A DNA stretch of 44,785 bases, from contig JABLTG010000155.1 of NCBI GenBank assembly GCA_016618085.1, forward strand, positions 1 through 44,785. Direction: 5' to 3'. This DNA is from Neovahlkampfia damariscottae (Eukaryota). The translations under genes were made by a program, and so were the position numbers. This document shows, in pieces, positions 1 through 11,089 of the stretch. Positions within the stretch are counted from its first letter, which is position 1, and every line of letters starts with the position of its first letter. The notes beneath the pieces are model-generated. The model had not been told where the DNA came from. It saw only the letters and a list, made by a program, of their open reading frames with translations, and made no database searches.

Positions 1-1
1 A

Positions 2-448
2 TTTATATTTGAAGTTGGTGATTATTTCATTCAAAAATTTGAATCACTTCCAAATGATGAAGTAAAATCACGTTTTGAAAAAATTTTAAAAAAATTTGAA
101 TTATTTGGATTTCAATATATTAGATTAAATTTAGATCCAGAAATGAAAGTACTTCAACCAGAATTTTTAAAATTATTGCGTGCTTTTCATTTATCTATTG
201 ACCAATTAGAGAAACGTATTGATTTAGATTTTATTTCCGATCAAATTGAAAATGAAGTTTTAAAAGATGCAATTGAAATCATTGAATCAAAATTAAGAAC
301 ATACTCAACTTCATTAAAACAAGATATTGATTTGTTAAAAAATTTCAAAGGAAATTCGAACCAAAAATGTGCGTTAATTTTAAGAAAAGAAGAAAAACTA
401 ATATTGGAAAATTTTATTAACTACTTGAAGAATAAAATTTCAAATTGA
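2..448 (+). CDS. 3' part of a SET-domain protein lysine methyltransferase (Rubisco LSMT substrate-binding C-terminal domain); 5' truncated by window
   Basis: Frame is open from base 2 to TGA at 446-448. The C-terminal YSTSLKQDIDLL...ALILRKEEKLIL matches the SETD3/LSMT-type substrate-binding helices. Confidence 0.65.
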   Translation, partial: FIFEVGDYFIQKFESLPNDEVKSRFEKILKKFELFGFQYIRLNLDPEMKVLQPEFLKLLRAFHLSIDQLEKRIDLDFISDQIENEVLKDAIEIIESKLRTYSTSLKQDIDLLKNFKGNSNQKCALILRKEEKLILENFINYLKNKISN

Positions 449-1321
449 TTATTTTGCATATTTTTGAATCCAACTATGATCTTTAACGTATGAAAGTTTC
501 ATTCTCTCTTTTGGATTTTTCATTAATAACTTTCTGATTAAATCTCTTGCATCAAGTGATACATGAACTGGAAAACGTAAATCTATATTCACAATTCTTT
601 TAAATGTATCTTGAGGGTCAGTTGCCAAGAATGGAGGTTGTCCAACCAAAAATTCATAACATAATACTCCTAATGTCCATAAATCAACAGCATGATCATG
701 TTCTTTTTTTTCAACCATTTCAGGTGTTAAATAATCAAGTGTTCCACAAAATGTTTTTCTTCTATCTGTTGGTTGGAGCATGAACTGACCATCCAAAATC
801 AGCAATTTTAATTTTTCCTGTTGAGTCTAAAAGTAAATTTTCTGGTTTAATATCTCTATGAATGACGTTTTTACAGTGTAAATAATCTAATGCTTCAGCT
901 AATGACTTGATATAACGTGCTGTTTGTTCTTCAGAAACTTTCCAACTTTGGATAAAATTTTATACAATTCACCTTGAGCAGCATATTCTAATATAAGGTA
1001 AACTCTTTTTTTATCATAGAAATAACCATAAAGTCTTAATATATTTGGATGTCTGAGATGACTTTGAATTTCAATTTCTCTTCTAAGTTGATGTTCAACT
1101 TCTTTTTTTTTTAATTGTTCTTTCATCAGCACCTTTAAAGCTACTACAAATTTTGTACTTTTTTCTCTTGCTAAATATACACTTCCAAATTTTCCTCTTC
1201 CTAATGGTTTTCCAATTTCAAAGTTTGAAATGTCCCATGTGATTTTTGGTTTCACCTTCTTTGGTATTTCTTCAACTTGTATCCAATTTTCTTTATTTTC
1301 TATTTGGTCTTTAGTTGACAT
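449..1321 (-). pseudogene. Aurora kinase, disrupted by two frameshifts (pseudogene or assembly error)
   Basis: Motifs [65 protein letters not shown] and RRKTFCGTLDY lie in three segments. One base is missing in the AAA run at 935-937 and TTGG is duplicated at 769-776. No GT-AG intron found that repairs either. Confidence 0.85.
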
Positions 1322-1389
1322 TTGCACTTTCTTATTGTTTGAAAAACCGTTAATAAAATGTTGGGTGGATAACCAATCAAATTTTCTTT

Positions 1390-2197
1390 TTAAACACTAT
1401 TTCGTTGTTGATGCATATCATTAAAATTTGTAGACAATTCTTTCAACAATTTCAAAATTCCAGATACTCTTTCTTTTGTCTCTGGCTTCACACAATATTT
1501 CAATAAATTACCAAACAAAAAAATGTATCTAGGAATTCTTGAAAGAGGTACAATTAATATTGATTCAATGTCATCAATAAAATTGATCTGATTCAAGAAA
1601 TTTTTGAATTTTTTTGAGTTTTTTATTTTTTCTCGAAAATCTCTACAAATTGAATGATCATAAATATAAGGAAAATAAGAATTTTGAAATTCTTTCAAAT
1701 TTTGTTCAAAAACATTACAACAACTTATTATACTTTTTGGATTTGAATTTAATTCAATTGAATTTTTTTGATGAATGTATAAAATTGAACTAACTGAATT
1801 TTTAGTATTTTTTTGAATACAACATACTTTGTTTTAATGGAAATGTTTTGTCTAAATCATTTTGTTGTATTATTTTTTTTTGTGAAATTGGTATGATCAC
1901 TTCTTCGATCAAGGAGTTAAATCTTTTTATGACTGTTTCTTCTGAGATACGAATTTCTTTTAAAAATAATTCTTTTTTTTCTTTGTAGTAGGAAAATTTG
2001 GAATGAAATAATAGTTCAAGAGAGAGATCATTTTGTTTCATCACTAGTTCTGGAAAAAAAAAATCGTTTTGAGATTTCCAGTCTATATGTTTTTTGAGTT
2101 TTTTGAATTCTTTGGATGTTTGAGTGACATTGTTTATTGTGTATAAATCACAAAAAGAAATTATAATTGACCAAACATCACCTGAGTCAAAACTCAT
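1390..2197 (-). CDS. F-box-like + RhoGEF (DH)-like domain protein; 1 intron (1794-1827, 34 nt)
   Basis: N-terminal [28 protein letters not shown] is F-box-like. [15 protein letters not shown] and [23 protein letters not shown] are DH CR1/CR3-like. Intron GTATG...CTAA...CAG joins the two ORFs in frame. Confidence 0.7.
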
Positions 2198-2265
2198 TCT
2201 TGGTTGACCTTTTTTGATTGGTTTAGAAAAAAAGATCCTTTTTGGGTTGATCGAACTGATAAAAA

Positions 2266-2961
2266 TAAATCATTCTTAGAAAAAGTAACAAGAATTCTTA
2301 GTGGTGACCAATACGTTACTTCATCAATTATTATTCCAACACTTAAAGAAGTCATTGAAGACCTTACAGACTTGGAAGTTTCAAACAACATGCTTGATTT
2401 TAAGACAACACTTTTGGAAAATGCAAAGAAAAGATTTCAAGTGTATTTTGAAGACGAAGATTTGATTCTTGCTACATTTTTAGATTATAGATTTAAATCG
2501 TTGTTAATGTTTTCAGAAGAAGAAAGAAACAAAATTATTAAAAAAATTAAATTAAAGATGAAAATTGCACAAAACAACGAAAAGATTCAACAAATCAAAC
2601 CAATTCATCAAAAAGGATTTTACAACAGGTTTTTATATATATTTTTATTTTTTTCAATGGATACATGATCAATCCAGTACTCAGTTCATTAGATGCGTCA
2701 TATGAAACAGAATTTAAAGTTTATTACTCAATGGAAATAATGAATACTTCAATGAACCCTTTACAATTTTATCAAATGAACAAAAACTTTCCAACCTTAT
2801 TTGCTTTAGCTGAAAAACAGTTTTGTATTCCTGCAACATCAACAACTTCAGAAAGAGCATTTTCGACGATGGGTCGTATAGTCACCAAAATACGCTGCAA
2901 AATGAATCCTGAAACAGCTGGTAACTTACTTTTTTTAAAGGAAAATACAAACTTTTGGTAA
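2266..2961 (+). mobile_element. 5'-truncated hAT-superfamily transposase remnant with C-terminal dimerization domain
   Basis: LSGDQYVTSSIIIP, ATFLDYRFK (LDPRFK motif) and FPTLFALAEKQFCIPATSTTSERAFS...RCKMNPET...LLFLKEN (hATC). The N-terminal BED finger and first catalytic residues are missing and no TIRs were seen. Confidence 0.85.
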
Positions 2962-3580
2962 ATAAATTCTTCAAAATTTTTATGTTGCTTTTTTTACAAT
3001 GGTGGGAAATATTCATCCAATCACATCAAAATACTCCTACTCCTTAATTCCCTACTACATCTTTCCATCTCTTTGTCCTGATATTCATAATGAGCCCTTT
3101 GATAAAGGTTAAAATACTCAGGATTTTGTCCTTTTGATATTTCATTGAAATTTTCTTTCGGAATTTCAATTTGATTTATTTTATCATCCAATTTACCATC
3201 ATTTTTGGTTTGGGTTTGGGTTGACTTGAACTTCATCATCAAGAAATTCTTCTATTGATATTGGACTGATGTTTCGTTCTGGTAAAAATCCTGATAGAAA
3301 ACTTCTCTGAGATTCAAGTTGTGCTTCTGAAATTTCTCCGGATTAATGGTTTGAATTTTGAAAGTGTCAGTTGCTCGAAAATGGCTTCTTGGTAAGTTTC
3401 AGCTGAGATGAGTTATTTGACACCAGTAATGAGTGATTGATAAATTTGATTTGAATCTGATTGTCAAAATTCAACAAAAAAAGAATTTTCAATTCATTTC
3501 AAGAAGCAAATATATGTCAATGGATAATATCATATTCTTTGAAAATGTATTTTGCAAACTTAGAGAAAGTTAAAAATGAT

Positions 3581-6500
3581 TTATTTTTTTGATTGTTGTA
3601 ATAAATTTTCCATGAATTCGAAAAATTCAAATTCAGTTGCATCCAAACCAAATTTATAAACATAGTGACTTGCCAAATGACAACTGAAAATAGCTCTTAA
3701 ATAATTATCAGGAACTCTTTGAAGAATTGTATCCAATCCAAGTTGATTAATTAAAGTATTTGGTAAAGCAGTAGCCATAACAGTATGAACTAATTCTTTG
3801 TTATTCCATAAAGATGAATCCTTAATACGATCATTTAAATCATTAATTTTGTTTGAAATTAAATCTGATAATTTTGATCTATGAATTCCAGTTCTCATGT
3901 TTTCATTCCAAATACAATTAAATTCTAATTGAGCATTATTTTTAATGATTGAAACAACTTCTTGAACATAATTCTTATAGAATTCTGGAATGATGTCATT
4001 TTTAACTGCCATATGAATTTCAAATTCATCATTTTCAAATGAAAGAGCAGCTAAAACTTCTAATGAAGATGAAGTAACACCTCCTTTATTTGCAGTTGCA
4101 TCTTTGAAGAGAATAACACCTGCATCTTCCAAAATCAATCTAGCTTCTTGTGTAATGAATAAATTTGCTCCTTCAACAATATATTTGAATTTTGGGACTT
4201 TGTTTTTAAATAATTTATCAACATTTGTGATATTAATTGAAGCAGGTCTTCCACCACATGGTACGAATAAATCAGCTGTGAATAAATCATGAAGATGGAA
4301 ATTATTTCTAAATGAAATACCATTTTCAACAAATTCACCTGAAGGAAGAGTGACATCATTTTCATCAATTTTAATAACAAATCCATTTGGTGATAAGTAT
4401 TTTGTATCAAATGCACCAACTGCAGATTTTTCTTTTACTAATCTTAATAATTCTTCTCTATTGAGACCTTCTGGATCATAAACAACACCTGATCCATCAA
4501 CAATTGAAACAGTTTTATCTTTGGAAATTAAAATTTCATTTGAACCTAAATCACCATCAGGACCTCCTGTTGATATTTTTGTAATTTCAGTTTCATCTAA
4601 ATTAAGACGATTATAAATTCCCAAGACATATTGATGAACTGAGTTTGTTGTCATTCCATAAACATCATGTGGAATTCCACCAATTGAATTTGATTTTCCA
4701 GTTGTAAAAGCTTTCCAAAATTGATAACCTCTCTTTTTTGAATGAAGAGCAGCCCAATCCATAACATTAGCTGTATTTTCATCAGGTCCTAAAAATAAAA
4801 TTTCTTCTTGTCCATAATGATCATAAACATCTTTTTGATTTGTCAATAATAATAAATCTAATAAAGAATCAACATATTTTTGAAAAGCAACAACTGTATG
4901 AGATTGATGAGTTTGATATAAAAGAATTGTTCCTTTTGAACCACCTTCTGGAATATCTTTGTTTTTACGTTGTTGTGTATTTGCTAATCCATAACCTTCA
5001 GTGAATAAACCTTCTGAATTGAATGAATAAGCTTGTGAATTTAATGATTTAACAACCCTAATTCCACCTCTTGCTACATCTCTAAATCTAACATGAAATC
5101 CCATAAATTCTGATCCAATTACTAAAAATACAGCAAATGGTACTTCTGGATAATTTGAATCTTTTAAGAAATCAGGTGATAATCTGTATGAAATGGCTGC
5201 TTTTTCAAATTTATAAAAGTTTGTTTTCAATAAATGTGCATTGAAAATTAAAAATGAAGTTAAAATTGTTGCATCAACTTCATCATAAACTAATTTAAGT
5301 ATTTTTTTATGAAGATTTTCATTAAATTCAGGTTTTTTTTCACCACTTGCAATTTTTGCAAAATCAACAAAAATATCAAAAATTAATTCAGTATGATTGA
5401 AAATACAATCAATAATTCTTGTTTCTGGAAGTGAATCTTTTTTAAGTTTATTTTGAATTGTAAATAATCTTCCTAAATTAGCAGGATCATTTTGTAAATG
5501 TTTTGCTAAAATTTGATATTCTTCAGATGTTCTATGTGTGAAATAATAACAAAATTTTGATGCTGAATATGCATACATCATTTGTCTAGCAGTCATTTTT
5601 CTTTGAAGGAAAAGTGTATATAATTTGGTTGGTGGAATAATTGCTAATAAACTTGCTTTGTTTAAGATTTCTTGAACATCATCTTCTTGTTGTGTTTCAA
5701 AATACATTGAATAAACAACTAATCCATTTGCAAATGATTGAACAAATTTCTTTTTACAAATACATCCTTCAATTGAATCTACAATTTCTGATAATTCAAA
5801 AAGAAATGATTGTTCAGAACTTTTTTGAAATCCCATTAAAACTGGAATGGTTCCATCTTCCATTTTTCCAAATTCTCTAAAAACAGGTGCCAATCTATCA
5901 ATTGAATCTTCAACAAGAGCTTGATATCTTTTTACTGTTGATTCTCTTTTAGATCTGAAAAAGTATTCATCTGCTAAATATTTTAAATCATTTGGACTTG
6001 CTCCTTTTGGTAATTTTTGATGTGGAAATCTACGAACTGTATACATTCTTAATTTTGCATTTCCATTTGGTATGATATTACCAGTTGATTCATATGATTC
6101 CAATGCATATCCATGTGTCTTTGGTGTTGCCAAAAGATATTCTTCAATTCTTGATTCTAATGATGAAATTTTTTCTTTTGTTGCAGCACACATATAATAA
6201 GCTGTATCATTTGATTCATTAATGAATGAAATATTTTCTTTTTTTCCAGAAGTTTGAGCAACTTTTTTAGCTGCAATTAATGATTGAATATGTTTTGCAA
6301 TAATTTTTGATGAAAAATGTTGAAAATAATCAGGTGACATTTCTAAATGATTATAGAATCTTTCAACTTCATAAAAGATATGTGTTGCATCAAAAGCACC
6401 TTCAGCTGACATGATATTGATAACTTCATCCATTTGTTTGTATTTTTTTTTTGATGATTTTAAGTTAAGTCCAGGAACACCAGCACTAATTAAACGATTT

Positions 6501-7707
6501 GCATATTTTTCATAATTTGAAATTAATTTTTCAGCAATATCTCTTTCTTCATGGAATGAATAAAGTGCAACAACACCAACAAAAATATTATCATAAATTA
6601 ATGGAATAGCAACAGCTGAAACGATTCCACAATCTTTAACATTTTTGTAATTGTCCAAATCCTCTTCTCCAACAACAGGAACAAAAGTAGTTTTTTTTTC
6701 TTTCCAACAACGTCCAATAAGTGAAGAATCCTTTTTATAAATCAAACCTTCAATTGATTTTTCTAATTTAACCATTTTTGGTGTGAGAACTTCATCAACA
6801 AAATAATGAGCAGTTGGAACAACAGTTCTTCCACCTTTAGCAAGTACCCAACTTTCAGCATATTGAAATCTTCCTCTTTCACATAAAATTGGTAAACTTT
6901 TGTTTAAACTCATTTGAAATTCTGGGTTTCTAACAGCTTCTAAAATAGTTGATGGAATTTCACCTCCTTTTTGAATTAAGAAATCTACCACTTGACTTTT
7001 TCCATGACTAAGAGCATCTTGAATAGGTGTTTCATCTTGGTTGTCCAAAGCATTTACATCAGCTCCAGCTTCTAAAAGAAATTGAACAATTTCTAAATCT
7101 CCAATGGAAGCAGCAATATGAAGTGGCGTTCTGTTATCATAATCAGATGCATCAATTAAGTCAGGTGATACCAAAATTAAATTTTTAACTTTTGTTAAAT
7201 TTCCTGACAAAAAATAAATAAAAAAAAAAAAATTACCATTTTGAATAGCGCTCATCAATGAAGCCATTTTTTTGATGGTTGGAAGTTCTGAAGTACCTCC
7301 ACGGCTTTTAAGAAGAGAAACGACTTCGTTATGACCAGCTCTTAAAGCATCTTGAATTGGAGTATTTCTAAATCTATCAGCAGCATTTATATCAGCTCCT
7401 TTTTTTATAAGATATTTTACTACTTCGAGTTGTCCTGACAAAAAGAATAAATTTTTTTTTTTTTTTTACCTTCTGAAGCAGCAAGATGAAGAGGAGTTCT
7501 GTAATCATAATCACCATCATTAACTGAGAAATTTGGGTTTTCGTCAAAAAGAGTTTTTAATTTTTCAACGTCTCCTTTGGAAGCAGCAAAACAAACTTGC
7601 GAAACAACTTCAAAATTCTTTTCATCTGTTGAAGTGGTGAATTTTCTAAGATTAAGTCCTGAATTTTTGACAGAACTTAATTGCTTTAGTTTTAGTGTAC
7701 GAATCAT
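3581..7707 (-). CDS. Large NAD-specific glutamate dehydrogenase (GDH2-type) with predicted mitochondrial presequence, ankyrin repeats and GAF-like domain; introns 7435-7469 and 7204-7236
   Basis: GDH motifs GFHVRFRDVARGGIR, KNKDIPEGGSKG, LFLGPDENTA, GGPDGDLGSNE, VEGANLFIT, NKGGVTSSSLEV. Ankyrin motifs DYDYRTPLHLAASEG and DYDNRTPLHIAASIG. GAF-like SLIGRCW...GIVSAVAIPLIYDNIFVGVVALY. Start MIRTLKLKQLSS...LRKFTT is Arg/Lys/Ser-rich and acid-free. Confidence 0.92.
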
Positions 7708-7961
7708 GATTTTTGAAGTAAATAATTTTGATTGAATAACCAAAACTATTGGTCCAAAAGAAATTAGAAAAATTAAGGAATCTAACGGAAAAATTTTTTC
7801 AAAAGGAATTTTTATTTGTTAATAATTTCAATTTAAATTCTCAACGGTTTTTTTTTTTCGGTAGAATTGTGATTGGATGTTCCCAAATTGTCAATTTTTT
7901 TGCCGACCAAGGAAAAGAAAAATGCACAGATGAAAAATACATTTCCAAAAGATGAACGAAT

Positions 7962-9929
7962 TTATTTCAGAAAATTTTCAATAAACATTGCTTCACATAA
8001 ATGTTGAATTTCAATATTTACTTTTTTACGAAAACCATGTCCTTCATTCTTTGCCATTAAATACCAAACGGGTGTTCCATTTTTTTTCACTTCTTCCATC
8101 ATTTGTTCTGCTTCTGATACAGGGACCCTTGGATCATTTCCACCTTGAATGATGAACAACGGTTTATCAATTTTATGAGCACTTGTAGTTGGTGATATTT
8201 TGTGAAGGAATTTTTTAACATCAGGATCTCTTTCATCACCATATTCTACTCTTCTCAAGTCAACACGATATGGTTTGGTGTTTGTCAAAAATGTGATAAA
8301 ATTGGATATACCAACTGTTGAAATTCCAGCACAAATTTTTGAACCAAAATGAATCATCGTTGCAAGGGTCATATATCCACCTAATGTGTTAATTCAGACT
8401 TTTTATTACCATAACTTCCACCTTTGATTAGAATTTTTTTTGAATCTAATTCTTCTTGTGTTCCTATCCAATCAATCAAGGCTCCAATATCTTTTACACT
8501 ATCTTCTCTTTTGTAGACATTATCCAAGTTCATGTATGTTTTACCATAACCAGTTGATCCTCTAACATTTGGGGTTATTACAGCAATTCCAAATTCAAGA
8601 ACAAAAAATTGTATGGTCTTCATAAAAATTGGAAGAATTTGAGATTCAGGTCCTCCATGAATTAATATGATAACTGGAAGTTTCTCTTTTGTTTCAACTT
8701 TTGGTTTGTAATAAAAAGCAGGTATTTTAAGCGAATCGAATGATTCATAATGAATTAACTTTGGAATAACAAAATTTTCACTCTTGAGCTCTCCAGTTTC
8801 TGAAAATGTCCATCTAATTAATTCTCCTGAATCAACATGATAAACAAATACATCAGCAGCCATTTGAGGTGTTGATAAAGTGATTCCAATTTTATCATTA
8901 TTCAAATCAATTCTGGAAATTAAACCAAGTGGAATATTTAATTTCTTTCTTTTTTCATCAATTTGATGATAAAGAGCACTTATTCCATCTTCATTTGTGA
9001 CAAAGAAAATGGAGTTATCCTTTTCAGAAAGTTGAAATTGAGTCACATTCCAATTGATATCTTTTGTTAGAATTTTAAACACTCCTTTTGAATAAGAATA
9101 AAGTTTTTTGAATTCATTCCCTTCATTAGATGTGAAGTATATTTCATTGGAATTTGAAAAACTTGATGCTCCAATTGCCACTGTTTCTTTATTGTTGGAA
9201 TCAATTTTTGGTATTTTTTCCAATTCATTTGTTTTTAAGTCTAAGATGTATAAATAGCTTTCTTGAGCTGAAATATGTTGTTTTAATAATATTTTATCAT
9301 TTTTAAAGTCAGTTGGTGACCAAAATCCTTTCACTTTTTCAAAAATGAGTTAAATTAAAATAGGTTAAACCTTCTAAGACCAATTTTGCATCTTCATTGA
9401 TTTTTATATTTTTTACATAAATATCAGTGTCTTTACCATTTCTTTGTGTACTATAAAATGCAATCAAATTTCCACAATTTGACCAAATACAACTTCCATT
9501 TCTTGAGTTTTTATTTGTAAAATGACAGAGTTTGTGATCTTCAATATCAAAAGTATACAATTGATATTCTTCATTTCCACCTGTATCTTTTGAGAATACC
9601 ATTGAAATATTATGATTTTTTTCAGTCGGACAAGTATGAGATGATAAAATTGGCTCATCATAGAAAGTAAGTTGTTGTCTGTAACCTTCAGGTTTTCTGA
9701 CGTAATGTAATTGTGAAGTTTGTTCAAATCGTGTTGATATTACAATTCCATCTTTGTGCCATCCTTAAAAATAAAGTTTCAGTTGTATTATTTTTACCTT
9801 GAAATTGTGCTCCTCCTTTTGAAGAGATTTAATTTTTGATTTTTTACTGATGTTATGGTATTTAGAAATTTTTTGTTTTAATTCAGTTGATAAAGTTGGA
9901 ATGTTCTCGTGCACCAAATTATCGTTCAT
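7962..9929 (-). CDS. S9 family (prolyl oligopeptidase/acylaminoacyl-peptidase-like) serine peptidase; introns 9816-9847, 9764-9797, 9334-9370, 8381-8409
   Basis: HGGPESQ, PNVRGSTGYGK, catalytic GGSYGG (split by an intron), GGNDPRVP (Asp) and NEGHGF (His). The spliced N-terminus MNDNLVHENIP...STRFEQTSQLH...QQLTFYDEP reads without stops. Confidence 0.9.
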
Positions 9930-10239
9930 TTTGCAAAAAGATATAACTAAGATAAAGAAATCTGATTGGATCCTGGATCTAACATTGATTTATTTATGAT
10001 ATTATATATTATAAAATATATAATAAAGAAAACAAAAATTAAAATCCATGGAAAGGTCCGGATATATAAAAATGCAAAAAAAACAATATCAGATAATTTT
10101 GGTTAGATTGATAGTTCTGTAAAATATCCATTAAAAATTGGTCAAAATGAAAACTCCATTTATAAATATTATTAAGATTCCTGTGTAATTAGTCGTGTTA
10201 TTAGAATAAACTTTGGTTTTCAACTTGAAGTATAGTGTT

Positions 10240-11008
10240 TCAAATTACCAAATGGCGTTTTTCAATTTCTTTTTCAAGACTTTTAATTTTAATTGGAGAT
10301 TTGTCGACATCCCCTAAACTATTTTCATAAAATGTCTTCATCATGTGCAAGGCATCTCTTTCCTTAGATTTTTTTAAAGCTCTTTTAAGATATCGGAAAG
10401 AATTCTTAAAATCTTTCATTTTGAATAATTCTTTTGAAATATAAAACAAAGCACAAAATCATCTTCAAATAAAGCCAATTTTAAGTTTTCACAATCTAAT
10501 GATGTATAAAAATATTTTTTTAACTGAATTTTCTCGAATTTTATCAACCCATTCATTTTTCCATGATGTATTTACAAGTTTTTTAAATTTTTGAGATCCA
10601 AAATCACAAATATAAAAATCGATTGATTCGCATATTTCAAACTTTTCAAAAATTTCTTTTTTAATTTGTTCTCTTTCATTTCTAGGCAAATATAAAATTA
10701 ATTTGGAAGAATTAGAAAACAAATCAATTGATAAATCTTGTAAGTTAATTTTAGATGAGATTTCTAGCAAGAGATGATTTGATTTGATTCCTTTTAAATC
10801 TTCTAGATTGTCAATTAAAATGTGTTCATAGGTATTAATTTTTTCAAAGAAAAATTCTAAAAATATTGAGTCTTCTTCAGCTTTAACTTTATCATTGTCT
10901 ACTGTTGATCTATCTTTTTTTTTTTATAATATTTTCGAAACAGCAAGTATGACCAATGTGTTCTCCTCAAAACATCAAAAAAAGTTTTTAGTCTTCGTTT
11001 TCCTCCAT
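10240..11008 (-). pseudogene. Degraded gene of unknown function with C-terminal Sel1/TPR-like helices
   Basis: Coding-like sequence runs from ATG 11008 with an early stop and several apparent 1-nt frameshifts (around 10915-10925 and 10452). C-terminus ALFYISKELF...ALHMMKTFYENSLGDVDK is Sel1-like. Confidence 0.4.
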
Positions 11009-11089
11009 ACAAAAATTTTTCAATGAAAAAAAATGTTAAACTAGTGTCAGCCAATCAAAATTTCTTTGAACTCATTGGTAGGAAGAAAC

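Noticed and set aside
2990..3400. Minus-strand 73-aa ORF and flanking coding-like sequence
   Set aside because: No recognisable motif and several stops; at most a gene or transposon relic.
10000..10025. 11-bp AT-only hairpin TATTATATATT-ATAA-AATATATAATA; possible MITE
   Set aside because: Expected in such AT-rich DNA; no TIR/TSD structure found.
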